Shown here one piece after another: positions 37,701 through 52,500 of a stretch of 64,000 bases of DNA. Origin of the DNA: Ophelia neglecta (taxonomy: Eukaryota). The stretch is taken from NCBI GenBank assembly GCA_965285935.1, contig OZ260663.1:93124001-93188000 (forward strand), given 5' to 3'. Numbering within the stretch: the stretch's first letter is position 1; each line of letters opens with the position of its first letter. A model generated the notes under the pieces. The model worked only from the letters and a program-made list of their open reading frames with translations. It searched no databases and was not told where the DNA came from. The position numbers and the translations under genes were made by a program.

Positions 37701-39329
37701 TGTTTCAAAATACTCTAGACATAAATGTCAAATAAATAACCTCAATTCCTTCCAAAATATACTCATTCAGCTATTCATACATTAAAGACACACTCTTACA
37801 ATTTCAGTCATAGGGTGTCTTACGTACATCCCACCAGAGGGCGCTGTTATTGTGCGATATGATAACGATATATCGGTATCATGCCAAGCTACCGGAAGTG
37901 AGTGGAAAATGGTGTGTGATGGGACCCAGTGGCGAACAGAAGGAAACGTCTCCAATTGTACTGAAATACGTATGTACAAAAAATTAGTGGTGGCAGAAAA
38001 CATGTTTGCCGTGGATTTTATATTAATTTGTATTCAATCCAATATATCTCACACACAAAAGCAGAACTAATATCAACAAGCAGGTTACAAAAACAACTTA
38101 GTATAAGCGATTGTGTTTTAGGCAATAAACAAACGGTAGTGGAGAATGGTGAGCAGTCCGTGTCCATGGAAACAGTCTTGGAGGGTGGCCTAACTTTATC
38201 TCAAGGTGATGTACAAATGTGGATTAAAAAATAAAAGCAACATCCTATAAAAACGTTTTCTGCATGGATATGAAGTTAGCGGTACTCACAGCACGTTCAG
38301 CATCTGGCTAATATTGGTGGTATGAAATTTACCAACAGGTATCACTTGCCTTTGTTGGACTATTAATTGCTTCGACATTGACACTAATAAGGCTCCTCAT
38401 GTTTCCAGGACTGGTCATTGCATTCTTTTTATCAATTGCTGTACTCATAGCGGTCATTATTATGGTGATCGGCATTGTTGTATTGCGAAGGTAAGAGCTG
38501 CTTTAAGTCACCAGATTCTTTGATTCGATTTCCACAGGAATATCTTTATCCATTTTATAATTTACAATGTATGGATGTATATTTGAACTATATTGCAAGT
38601 TTGCTTTCAAGTATGGCATAATTGTAAAGCAAGTATTTCGCTTTTCGAAACAGGACTACGATGTAATTTCCCCATAAATTACTTTTTTTATTCATAAAAT
38701 TAAGTACTCGATTTTATAGCCTGTCTTACCCAAACATCATATGGCAAGCTGCATAAAAAATTAGAAATCATGCGCCTTATGTCTCATAAACATGTCTTTG
38801 TAGAAGGCAGGACACCGTCATAGAATCAACTCCGGGGTATAACTGCAAAGAACATGTCCCCATGCTGACAAAACATCAGTGGGCACAGCAGTCTCTTGGG
38901 AATAGGAGTTATACTACTACCCCTCAGAGACAGGCGGCTGTCCCATCAGGCACCGTGACACATCGAGGGAAATTTTCGCCACTACCACCACCACCAACTT
39001 CATCATTCCAAGAAGCCGGACACTGTACCATCCACGGAACACTAAGCCGTGACCGTTATCCTCAGGGTAGTAACCCGACAACGCAGTCTATCATGGATCA
39101 GAGTTCGTCCAATGACTGGCAGAATTCCGTACGTCGCACTGACAGGAACGCTAAAGACAAGGACCATTTCTACCACGAGTTAGACCCGGAACAAATCAAT
39201 GTTCACGCCGGGCCGCCACTGGATCAGAAGGAACTCGACATCGAAAGATTCGGCTTGGACGAACACGTTGCCCCTCTTCCCGATGTTCTGTCCAAGTCCT
39301 CATTAGGGCAGAGCAACTATGATGTTTAA
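34771..39329 (+). CDS. A3: subfamily A paralog (~541 aa)
   Basis: Exons 34771-34840, 36609-36899, 37015-37278, 37502-37648, 37808-37969, 38122-38205, 38409-38490, 38804-39329; total 1626 nt, in frame. Confidence 0.88.
35988..36080. mobile_element. Helitron/Helentron-like end fragment
   Basis: ggcggccatcttg..ccgatc followed by GC hairpin atgcctccg-N12-cggaggcat (36048-36077). Confidence 0.4.
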
Positions 39330-40130
39330 AAATAAACAGTTTTTAATGGCGATGTCTTATAACTGCTAAATAGTTATTCATCGACGGATTGAAACTATTC
39401 AAGGTCCTGTTAGTATTGTGATGTACAATATTTATAAAAAATGCCAAGACTACGATTTTATGTATAAGTAGGAATATATTCACCCGCAAATATGACAACA
39501 AATTACTTTGCGAATTTTGAGCTGTGGCTTATCAGGAAAAGTCCATGTACATTGGATGTAGATAACGTTATTCTTTGCAAAATTGAATCTTTGAAATCAT
39601 CAAATAGGTCCTTTTTCACGAGGTAAAACTATCACAACTGTATGATGCTGTACTGTATTATCATAATCATCGTTTCTGCTGCCTATTAGCGATGTATCAA
39701 ATACAACCATTCACTTTAGCCAATGGATTTCGGAAGCTTTTGTGGCAACCTTGGGCTTTGAACGGGCACTGGGATTACTTCGAAGGAGGAATTCGGCATA
39801 TCAGCGAAGAGAATAGATCATTCTAGCTCTTACGTTTAAATTAATTGTGCAAGGCCAAAATCTCGGAATATGATGGACTACAAACAACAAATGATTTGTG
39901 CAATTATTAGACCACTATTTTGGGAGAGCATCTATGCCACTTACTCACCTACATGGACGTGGTGTTTGGACCGATATTCGAAAGGGCGCGATTCTGTTGA
40001 TGAATACTAGAATGTACGTGGTGCATACATGCAAAACATATCATTTATTTCAACCCGTTCAGTTGCTCTCTGAAAGGTTTGTTATAATGAGGCGTCAGTT
40101 CAAATAGTTTCGCCATGAATAAGTGTGCGT

Positions 40131-40232
40131 CGAGCAGAGCGAGTGATGCGCAGTGCGCCGTCGCTGTGTTTACCACCCATTGCACTGCGCGATGGCAGTG
40201 TGCACGTCGAGTTCTGATACTGACACTACCAT
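40131..40232 (+). promoter_or_regulatory. Conserved upstream element, B2 copy
   Basis: Core at 40173-40183. Confidence 0.8.
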
Positions 40233-40280
40233 TTTGTGAAGATATACTTTCTGGAATAGTGGAACTTATACCAATTCATA

Positions 40281-43200
40281 ATGACTACCTTCTTGGAATA
40301 CTACATTCTAATACTCGTGATCCTGGCCATTTGGATACCAAGAGGCAGCGCGAGTAAGTACCGTCTCCTATACTTCACGTATAGGAAACGCCATTTTGAA
40401 CCCAGCCAAGGCGCTCCTCAGTTTAGGCGCACGAAAATAAGCGAGCAATCCGCAGTAGCTAAGGCAATATTTCGAGTTAAACTTTCGCTCAAAATGCACT
40501 CATTTATATATTGTATAATAAAATGAAGTTCTTGACCAATTTGCAAATATAATCACTATTTAGGCTCACGATTCTGGCCCATGAGTAATGTATTATAATT
40601 TATTGCAAATGGCACTGGCTTTAGACGCCCGAATGTACTGTTGTTGATATGTACTCTTTCGCTCCAATACTAGATGTGCAATTCTGTGGGCACGATTGTT
40701 TTTACAATGTAAAGTTCTACTCACAGGCCAACACTACATGAAACAGGTCAATAATTCTGAATAAGATATAACGCCGTTTAGCCCTTTCTGTTTGATAAAT
40801 GCTAATATTTGTGTAATTAATACGCGCCAACCTTCCCCCACCCCAAGCCACACTACCCCAACACGCAGCTCCTTTTATACTCATCAGGAATCCTACACAT
40901 GACTGATTCATATCAATTAAAATTCGTTGTACATAAAATTTGTGTATGCATAAATGTTATTGTGGTAAAAAGATATAGGTAATTATGTTTAATCTGTGTT
41001 ATACATTATTATTAATGCAAATTACTCACTTCGTGAACCAGGGCAGAAAGAGAATGACGGCAATTAGTAATGATCGTTTATATACGTATTAACAGATATA
41101 GAAATTAGAAATTTAAAAGTAAGCTGCATCTGCGGCAGGTTAATATGTAAACATATTACGCGGAATATTCCAATTTCGTGTTTTAGAGTATTAATTTGTT
41201 TCTCAGTCGATAAATACCACAGGCAGCTTTATCTTCTTACAGATGCCATTTCATAACTTATTACAAGAAACTTTTAGTAAAAATGTTAACAAAAAAATCC
41301 AAAATTACATTTGCCCCCCCCCCCCCATGTCGCATTTTCTGCAATGATTTAGTGCAATAGTGAATGTATTTGGAAACAAAGATTGCTGTAGGTCCATCAC
41401 CAATCAGGAGTTGGCAATTTAAACCATCCGAAAAAGCCAAAAATGGTCGGTAGGAGGCCCTCCACGTACAATCATTAAATATCTATTGCAACGAAAAATA
41501 GTAAAAGAAGAATATAATATAATTTTACCAATGTAAATAAAACAGTTATCCTCGACGAGTGTCAAATCACCAGATCAAAGGGGGCCAGGGTTCACAGTAA
41601 GACGAAATCTAAGCATGTCGTAGAAGAGTCTACGAAGGACTAGGCGGAAGATCAATGCTTCAGATTAAAGAAGTCTTAAAGTTATACTTTAGGGTTAGTT
41701 ATTTCACCTAAGAAAACATTAGAAGAGAGATTTCAAGAATGCGTGTTATGTTTGCGTCACACATAACGCATATGTTGTGTGAAGTGAGGGCGCGATGGAC
41801 CGCACAGAAAGGGAGTAGATACGCTAGACAGCAAGGAAGACGGTTTATGCACTAACAACATGTCGATCTTTCAATTTTTTCCTCTTCATTTCGTTGGCAT
41901 TTTTTCAACAGCTTAAATGCCATGTGGTCAGTTGCGCATGGCCAACACATGGGCAGCACAGTATTACTGCTTAGCATAGCTGTTAAATATTATAGGAACA
42001 CAGAAATATACACACTCCCTATTCGTAAGCCAGAGCTTTAACCCCCAACCCACAGCAACCCTCTACCAACACTGCATCTGTCGAATGAATGCTATACAGC
42101 TAATAGCGAAATACTGATTACAAATAGATTAAATGTAAATTGGCTATCCCGTTCTGGTGCCTGCTCCCTAGGTCACAGAGGGTCACCTATTTGGAATTTA
42201 AACCTTTGACATCCTATGTTATGGCTCCACAAGGTCCAGCTGTAGGACTATATCTTTAACAAAATTGCCCCATAGTTTCAGAACTGGGCCGTTTATCTAA
42301 AAACTAAAACGGGAACATGGCTCCATTGAGGTTTATCTCAACTTCAATGGATTTTATAGGAATTTTAAGGTTTGTGGTTGCTCACACACTCGTAATTCAT
42401 AGCCTAAGCGTCAGGCAGACTATTTGTTTTCGATGTTGTTACTTTCTCATTATTTATCTGCGCGCAGAGCACTGTACTTGCACCGATGCAACTATAGGCC
42501 TGAACCTTTCAGGAAGGAGGGGGTAATTTAATAGTAAATGATAGAACGTTCGAAAGCGAATTGATAGCTGACAAACAGATAAGTCAAAACTTTAACATTA
42601 AACAAATATCTGTATATATTTTAAATAGTCAAAATAAAACACTGAACACTTACTGTGATCATATTGCGAAATTAGAATATTATTGCTATTTCTGTTTTTC
42701 GTTTTATTGCGGGAATTTCTAATCTGGTAATGTATTTAAAAGGTATACACCACAGATACGGACACCGCTAGGCTTAAAGTGTACATGTTATGTCTTAAAC
42801 AGACATGGCCATTATTCCTCACACTGGCCTTTGCTTACTTATTAGTCCTTACACGGCTTTCATCCATCTGCGTACGTTTTGCTAGATTAATGATCGGTCG
42901 CAGCAGTAGGTGTGCCCGCAGCTGCCTTATACAGGAACAATGAGTAATGCTACCCTACACGCAGTCTGGCAGGTGGAATAATTGTTTATCATTGGTACTA
43001 GGCATCTGACAATATACAGGCGGGCGATCCAGCTGGTTGGCCTACACACTATGCGGTGTTATTTATTTGATAGATCAGTCTAAAGAAGTATTGTAGTACT
43101 AAATATACTTTGTTAGTATTAAAGTCACTAATGCTATGGACCTTATGAATGCCATAACATTTGAAGAAAACACAGTGTAGGAAAAATCAACACAATGCTG

Positions 43201-46200
43201 GTAGCCACTTTCACAACTCTTCCCCGCATACAAATAATGGCGCTTTATTCTCCTGACTGTTAGTTTTGGGGGTTTCAGTTATTACTAGGCTATAATATAT
43301 TGACATTAGACCCCGATTTCGGAACGGATCAGAACCATCGTCAAAATAATCATTCCCTTTTGGTGCTATCAGGCAGGTTGGGGTCATATACTGACAAGAG
43401 GATTCGTTTAATAATTCAGAATCCGGACTTTATTATTGATGCTGGTCTAGACTAAGAGACAAAATACTCGCTCGCTAGTAGATACGGCGCCGTAATGGAG
43501 TGCACACGTTCTGTGGATGACGTGCCTGGGAAAACCAGTACATACCGTACGCAAAGCATGATACAAATCAAAATGTGGGTCTAATATCGATTGCAAGCCA
43601 TAATACTATCTGCTGATGCAAAAATGAATGACATTAAACTTTTAAAGTCCATTCTGTATGACGCCATCACGTAGAGGCATGTGCATTTAGAATTATTTGA
43701 TTTATTTTACTCTTTAGTGCACACTGGTCTTCAACCATTCAACCAGTAATGGGTCTATTTTGATTATTTAAGCCGCTGAGTGCAACCTGGATCACAAACA
43801 TATTAGGAAGGGGTTGTAGTGTGTGAAATAAGGGTAGAGGGGTCCTGGTTCCGCCGCTGAAAGTACCTTCGATTTAAACAGCTTTCCAATCTCAGGATTT
43901 ATATTTATTTGTCCCGATTTTGTTCCGAGTCGGAAGTAGTTTTCAGTCTGTCTAGCGGTTGTGTATAATAATTGGCACTTTTGCAAAGTGCCAATTATTA
44001 TATTACTGTTCAAGCGTGTATGTGTATTATAATATCGTACAACATTTGTCCTCGCAGCCGGATTGTTCCAGGTCAATGATACAATATGCTTTTTCTATGA
44101 CAGACATATGTGAACAAAATTCGTTAAAAATACCGCATGGCTCCTTCTGTACACGTTCAGCCGCATGGCCGAATAAATCGGTATTTTAATTTTCTGTCAA
44201 TTGTATTATAAAGCCAAGACATCGTTATAAATGCTTGTTGACCAATATTCTAGTCTGTTTACTGTGTGGCCTAATAAGCTAAAAGCATTAGGCGCATTAA
44301 TGTACAACCCGAACGCCGCGTAACTATGCCCATTGTACACTATTGCAATAACTACCGAGAACTTTACATTGTGTACTGCTATTTGACCAGTACAAATTAT
44401 AATTAAGGGATGTAAAAGAGTAAAATAAATGAAACTGTAGAATATGTGTTACTTATTTAGTTGAGTAATGCCATGGCTTTCGCTTTCAACGTCTATGAAG
44501 TGTTTATGTTTGCTTAAAAGAAATATATATACGTTTATGCGCCTTTCCTGTGGAATATGGGTTAAAATTGCAGTCCGGGGACGAGAAGTAATGTAGGAAC
44601 GATATAACAGATTCACTGATATCTGGTTAACATCTTGATCTATAAGAAAAAAACTGAGCCTAGCCTTTTTCTGGTAAGGACAAGTTCAATATAGCTTATA
44701 TAAATATATTAAGTTTGTAGGTGTTGTTAAATTACCTACGTCTATTTTTGCAGTAAAACACGACCTGTGCTTTTGGAAAACATACAATGCCACCTGCGCA
44801 CAGGACGAGGTTATACAAATGGACCATGCGCAGTATGGTAGGATGTCCGTAGGAAGCTGCATTACCCAAGAAGAAGGCATCAAAATGGGGTGTAAGAGAG
44901 ACGTGTTGAACTATGTGGAATCCGTATGCTCTGGTAGACAGTGGTGTCAGCTCAGACTGCCAGATGAACAACTGGCTACGGAACAAGAGCCATGCCCTCG
45001 TATGATGTCATACTTACATTTACAATACAAATGTGTACATGGTAAGTGAATCACAACAGCAAAATCATCACGGTATTGTCTATAAGGCTGTTTGATGTAT
45101 TAACCATTTCTACAATCACCTGATTGTGTTGTTGATGCCATAATCCACTAACGTTTGGGCTGGCGGCCAGGTACTATTTTATAAGACTATCACAATAGAA
45201 CTGTAATTTATGACATTTAATTCTACTTGGCTACACTTATTTGTGCGGGTGCTTTGACCTTCAATTGTTATTTTCTGTTTCCTCTGAAACTGTTTACTCT
45301 GAGCAACAGATAATCTGCTAAATTCAATCAGACTTTAAGACTTGGAATACTTGGAGATGTTGGTTAGTTATATACTATTCAGGAAATGGGGATTACTGTC
45401 TATGGGGAATGCAATTACTGCTAATCGATGGTTAATTGTCAGACGAAAGGCGTTAAAAAACCAACCGGCCTGTTCGAGCTACATTCGTATATGAACTTTT
45501 TGTGTATTTTTTCCAGTGTTTACATCTCCGAAACCATGTAACAACAATACTCTAGAAATAACGGGAACACAAGGGATGCTGGCAAACTCTATAACCGGCA
45601 GGACGGGACAAGGTTCTCCGGGCTGTCCCTGGGAGGTTCGGGGGACCCCTGGACAGAGGATCCGTCTCACATTACATGACTACGGATTTTGGATGCCGCC
45701 AAAGTCTAATGGAGAAGATTCGGGAAGACCAGGGCCTGGAGTCCGACAACCGGATGGGGCGGCTACATGTCCTATATACGCAAGGATTACAGAAGGTATG
45801 AATAATTCGAAAGCAATTTGAAAACATTAGAGCTAATGATAAAACGCTCCCTGAATTCAATTCAAAAATAGAATCATTAACTCTTTCCACGAGGTTTCAC
45901 AATTAGCTTATACAAGAGTTTTTACATGAGCCATCACCAACGCGTAACAAATCATTTAAATGAATTTACGTAACTACAATTCTGTTTGGCATATATTGCG
46001 CCTCGCAGGGTGTATCACAAAACACAAAGACATGTTTTAGGGTTGATTCACATAAAGATTATTTAATGCGGTTTCTCACTTTACATGTGATTGAAATACG
46101 CTAAATCAGTTTTGAACATTTAGGAGTAGGTTAATCCGTTTTTTATTATCTAAAGCAAAAATCAGAATGTGTTAAATATATAATATAAAGAGTTTATCAT

Positions 46201-48220
46201 AATAATGGAGAGCATATTCTTTTAACGTCAGGTGCCAATAAGCGTCCTATCACCCTGTGTGGGGGTGAGACCAGGAAGAAAGTGCTCTACATCTCTGAGA
46301 CAGAGAGTGTTCAGATCGTGTTGACAAACCCCAGACAATCACAGAATCCGAAATATTTTCTTCTTCAATACGAAGGTGGGTGGGTTAAATTTTAAACGTG
46401 TACCCTATATAGACACTTATTTTTTAACATCCGAATTATAAAACAATGTGCTTCAAACCAAGAGCGTATATATATGTATATAATTATAAATATAATGATA
46501 AATATAATGATAAAAATACAAATATTTGTTGCTGTCACTCACTACTCAACATATGATTGGTATGCATCAAAGGATGATTCGATTGCTAAGAATTGTTTCC
46601 CCCTCTGCCCCCCTCCCCCCCCCCACCACTCACACCAACCTCCCCCCCCCCCCTTCCACACACACACCGTGATTATCAAACTGAATATGCCACTAGTAAC
46701 GTAGCTAATAAACATTATGTATGGCAGAATGTATATAATAATCTCATTCACAGTCATAGGCTGTCCGAAATACATTCCGCCAGAAGGCGCTGTCGTCGTG
46801 AATCAGAATAACGAGATTTCAGTGAGATGTTCAAATTCTGGCATAGAGTGGCGCTTGTCATGTGATGGGAACCAGTGGATCACCGAAAAGAACGTCTTCA
46901 AATGTACAGATCAAGGTAATAAGAATTGGATTCAAGTGTTTTTTTTTTTGCTAATACTAAATATACATGCTAAAATGTAATTAAATAATAAATGCATACA
47001 TCATAACATTATAATCACGAAGCAGGAAGTACAACCCAGGATAAACTGATAGATATAACCATAACATATGTTTTTGTCGACACAATGTATTTGTCGCATT
47101 AAACAATTCAATTTAAGTTTAATATAGATACGCGATATCTCGTCAGTAAGATGTATATTTATGGTTGCAGATGAACTGTCTATGCCAATGAGAGTTCTTG
47201 TGAAAGGTGTACTTACCCTGCCACAATGTAAATAGCAATAATGATAATATTTTATCATTAATATATAGTCTTTGTATATTACACAGCCCTAAAGATAATC
47301 ATATATTCACCCATTTATATATTTAAGGCTGTATATAATTTTAAGCACCAGGATTCGATTAGTAATCTTATGTAATTTTTGGTACTAAAAAACTAAAGAA
47401 ACCAACGTTACAAACAGTATATTGGGAAAACTTTTCAGGGATTCTCATTGTGATAATCATTGCCGCCGCCGTTATCATAGCAGTTCCTATATTTGTGATT
47501 GCCATTATCAGTTTTCGCAGGTCAGTTTTAGGTTTATATGTTAATGTTCTATATACATAACTTCATAGTTATCAGTCTACCTGCTATCGACAAGTTAACT
47601 TAAAATTTTAGTTACACTTGGGAAAATAGTGCCAAATTAATTAATATTTAAGCTATTTTTAACAGGAGGCAGGCGCGGTGATACAGTCAGCACCAAGTCC
47701 TAAGATGGATACAGTTAAACGCATGTCACATCCGGGACCTACTGCTAAAGAGTACGATCCCATACTGGGTACAAACGGAAGATCGCGGAAATCTCTTCAA
47801 GGAAGGGAATATACATCTACTCCTGATAGACATAGGACAATGCGTCCCGAAGTGGTGACACCTGGTGGAGGATTTCCGCCTCTGCCTTTACCACCGACCT
47901 CATCATACATAGATCCAGCGAAAAGTACCGTACATAGACATCAGTGCCACCCAAGGGACATTAATAATGCCACAGTCCAACGGCCTTACGGGGAACATAA
48001 ATATGAATCTCCGAGTGTCACACGACGCACGCGTAGTACGAGTGACACTAGTGATCCTTTCTACCGCGAGTTGGATTCGGAACGCCCGGATGTTCATAGC
48101 AATCTGCCACAAGATTTCCAGGAGCCGGATACTGAGACTCTCGGATTGGTCCGACCCGTGTCCACACTGTCGCGGGTAGAAATACCTGTGTCTGTTTCCA
48201 AAACAGGGGACAACCATTAA
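40281..48220 (+). CDS. B2: subfamily B paralog with apparent 1-nt frameshift at start of tail exon
   Basis: Exons 40281-40353, 44754-45041, 45517-45795, 46232-46375, 46754-46915, 47171-47227, 47439-47520, 47666-48220. Total 1640 nt is not a multiple of 3. Homologous splicing reaches TGA at 47679-47681; the downstream tail ORF (47678-48220) is otherwise intact. Confidence 0.78.
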
Positions 48221-49370
48221 ATTATTATAGTGTAGAATGCAGCTATGGTGATAGACAAAACGTGCCCACATTCGTAGGTAGGATATGCGACAGGATTTCA
48301 GGTTTCCGGAGATCAATAGCCTGAGCATCACTGTTTCATGACCTATTTTGTTATGTGCCAAACATATGTAGTGATTGCTGATTTCGTTTCGTAAGGTCAT
48401 AATCTCAGATAAGTGTTTTAACTTATAAACAGAAGCAGTTCCCGATTAATAGAATTGGTATTTCGCTTCCTACTTCGTGGCCTGATAATTTGACAAAGTC
48501 TAAAAATGAAAAAGCAGTTAGTTGAGCAATATGATATAACTAATTCCAATGTTTATTTATGTAAGACTTATAACGTTACTCATTAATATAGTGGAAGTGT
48601 GTATAACAATGAGGAAGCAACAAAATATATAGGTTAAGCGAATTCCGTTTATCGTCATTGAAATACACACTCAGTAAAAACGGCTGGGTAAAATATCACT
48701 TTTGGAACGTTTATTATTTTCGGAATCCAATAAAGATTATAACGATATACAATATCTATCAGAAGACATATTCTTCTTCTCTGTCAGCAAGCCTATTTAT
48801 ATGGTTTTTCATAATAACATAACATTCTTTATATAACAATGAGCCATAATAAGCTTATGTTATATGTTGTTAATTTTGTTCTCAAACACATTTTGTATGA
48901 ATAAAAATGTAACTAATTGCGATGCACACAACACAGTTTATTTCTTGTCGTCGACATGCTCCCACGCCATTTTCTTCCGTCAGGACAGAAGAGGAATTAT
49001 GTTGGATATGGAGTCCAGAGCCGAATATTCCTTTGAGTAATTCCATTTGAAATATCCCCACAAATGCGCAGTGTATTTATACGAATAGTATTTAATTAAA
49101 TTAATTGATTTGGTCAGCGAAGGTCTATGGCGCTAACTGACACAGAAACCGCTATGTCATTAAAATATTATTTTACTTGTATTTCAAGAATATTATTGGT
49201 ATACTTTGAACATTTTTCTGTATGCAACTGATCACATTCCTTTAAGCCGCTTTTGACATTCGCACATACCTATGTACACCTTACAAATGTTCGATATTCT
49301 ATCAGCTATGGTTCGACGGTTGAATACTAATTTGATGACCTTCTAACCATCCTTATAGAGAGTTGGTGAG

Positions 49371-49476
49371 GCGCAAGCACAGCGAGTGCCGCGCACTGCG
49401 CCGGCGCTGTGTGTACCACCCATTGCACTGCGCCGCGGTACTGTGTACACTGAGTTCTGATACTGACACTACCAGT
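49371..49476 (+). promoter_or_regulatory. Conserved upstream element, A4 copy
   Basis: Core at 49416-49426; GCACTGCGCC repeated at 49393 and 49425. Confidence 0.8.
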
Positions 49477-49597
49477 TCGTGAACGAATATCGTGTGGAAG
49501 TGAGGCGTTACATTATAATATTAGGAGTACAGCATTAGGATTATAGCTTAATTTTGCTTGAGAGGGAATATCGTTTGGATAAATACGCCACTGGGCA

Positions 49598-52500
49598 ATG
49601 GATACACTGCTGAAGGACTTTATTCTACGCGTTGTGATCTTGGCAATATGGCTAGCAACAGTAAGCTCAAGTAGGTACTGTAATACATTATCATATAACA
49701 AGGGACGCCATCTTGCGCACGAACCAACCATCTTGCTATTTGTGTTAACATCTGAAGGATGGGTGATTCCTTGTTAGTGCCCACATTTGACTAATGCTTG
49801 TGCCGATAATGTATAATATTCGTGTATGCAAGAAGCTTTTTTTTTTACAGTGGTCATATTATTTATGCGACGGAAATGGCACTATGAATATTCTTTTAGC
49901 TCCTGAAATGACCTTTATGTAATAGCAATATGCGTATATTGTTTCTCGACCAGATCTAACGAAACTGTACCTCTAACGGGTAAGGAATCTATTCACATTC
50001 ATCCACTCTATTTCTCTGTTTAAAATGGCGACAATTGCACTCGCTGGAGCTTATTGAAGTATATTGACATATGGTTATCACACCCCCCCCCCCCCTCCCC
50101 CCTTTCTCCTCGTATGCCCATATTCTCATGAGAAACAACCGGGGCAAACTAATTTTTATAAATTTATAACACAAAAGATAATTAATAATTCCTACCCGCT
50201 TACGGAAAATAAGTGGAAATATATAGCCCAACTCAACAAGTCTTCTATGAGCACAATATGCCTAATACTATAGTAATCTAATACTTTTCTTTCCTTTCGT
50301 TTAAGGTAACCTAAAATGGCGAAAAATAGTTAATCGCAAAAGTTATAACTTTTAAATATAAAAAAGGCATGTTCCATAAAATAATATTTCATATGCTTAA
50401 AATCAAAACGTAGACACAAGCGCATTTCAATATTTAAAATGTATTTAATTTGGGCAATTCAATCCGTGTTTACAATCACACTCTGAACACGGTGAAATCA
50501 TGTAGGGTTTTATGGTAACTTTTGACAATAAGCATCATACATTATATCTTTATGAATGTAGAAAAAATTAGGAAAATGCGACATAGTCAATTGTGTTCAT
50601 ATTCCCATTCTAACCCCCTAAATTGTATCGTTACCATTAATTGAGTCTTATACGTTTAGAAACTACAAATATAATATATGTATTGAATCCGATGATATGT
50701 CAGGCAACTTTTTATCTAAAACATGCGAAATATAAAATATGAAAGTCTAATGGTTAATGCAAATTGCACTTTTAGACAATCAATTACACAAGAGACATTC
50801 AACAGAAGCTTTTATCCTAGAAGTTGCTCTCACGAGAAGATGTAGGTTTCACGAAATACTTAAACAACGAAATTCTTCGTAGTGAATTCACGTAGTACAC
50901 GGAAAGCGAATGACAACAGCAGTTTTTCATGTTTTCAAGTATGTGCGATACACCATGTTGGATTGGTCAGGCAGAGAGAATTATTTCTTGTTGTTGTACG
51001 TAATAAGTTGTACTGAAAAGAACAATTGTATTAACAATTCTGTTGCCAAACTAAAATGTGTTAACTTATAGTGCGGTATCATTACCATGGACATCTTAAA
51101 AAGAGTCATCGATCTTATGTGGACTCTTCTCGAGCCTGATTCTAAATTGGATTCTTCAAGTCCTTAAGACGATTGTTGCATTTGAATATTGATGGAATAT
51201 TTATCCGTGAAATAAGAAAATGCCCTTTTCATCCTACAGATTTCACACCCCCGGGTCAGTGATTTATACATCAGGGCTACGTGTCTCCCCTTAAAATCAG
51301 TCCGAAAAGCAAAGCTCTTACAAATATATCTAAGAAAAAAAACCCATAAGGGTGATAAAATGGAGCGTTCAATGTATATGTTCCTTCTTAATCATTGTTG
51401 TTTCGATCATATCTGTTCCAGTGCAACAATTCATTAATTTACTACAGCAAACTTATCTAATTATTTGTGTAGAGTTTCTTTCATCTGGTAAACTCTTTTT
51501 TTTCTGAATAAATTTGGATGTATTTAGTTGATAAACATTGATGCAATAAACACGGACGGGGACCAAATAAACGAGGAATATATTAATTTTTGTGGACTCG
51601 CTAGAGGCCCTCCAGCTTGGAGCCCAGATCTTCCAAACACCATGTTGTGACCCAGCGTATGCCGACGATGTGACGATCATGGCTCTCTCACATCACAATC
51701 TTCAACTTATCGTTAACGCAGCCATGTCATACAGCAGGCGATGGAGGTTCAGTTTTAACCCCAAAAAGTCCGTGTACATGTTATTTTCCTCCACGCCGTC
51801 CAAACAGAGACATCCAAAACCTTTAGTGATGGGAGATTCCCTGTTGACAGCTGAAGAAGGATGTACCCACCTTGGGATTCCCCTGTCTCAGTCACGACGG
51901 TACCTAACTGAGGCAATTGACAACAAAATTCTCTCCGCCAGGAGAAAGTCCAACGCCATATTTGGTATCGGAAGCTCCTCGAACGGACTTCAACCAGCAT
52001 TAGCCAGTAAACTCTACAAAACTATCATTCTCCCCAGTCTTTTATATGGATTGGAGCTCATGGATCTACAGGAAAGTGACATTGACAGACTCGGGAAAGC
52101 CCATAGAGTAGAGGGGAAGCGACTACAGAGGATCTCCCCTCGATTAGCAGCCCCACTTAGCTACTGCACTATGGGGTGGTGGGCTATTGAATGCGAAATA
52201 GACTATAATCGACTTTTGCTCTTATACAGCATTCTCAGCGCGAGACCAGGGTCGATTTTGCGTAAGACGATTATTGACAGAAATGTGGAGTATAGCCTTA
52301 GCAATTCTGCGCAAGGGGGGCCAGTAAGTGCCATGATTGCTGCCTGTCACAAATACGGTCTAGGTGATGCTTTGGAACAATCAGTGCTTCACGGTATCCT
52401 CCCGGGCAAGCGCCAGTGGAAAAACATAGTGAAGAACGCCATTAATCATGCTGCTGACCAAAACCTCAAGCTATCTTGCCTGTTTTATCCTAGCACGCGA

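Noticed and set aside
46600-46665. Poly-Pro ORFs and poly-C/G tracts (also ~760, 2244-2315, 24204, 31900, 50085, 59780)
   Set aside because: Low-complexity intronic tracts, not positionally conserved among paralogs.
49378-49412. RAG-type recombination signal (CACAGCG / CGCTGTG)
   Set aside because: Present in only two copies and no nonamer at 12/23 spacing.
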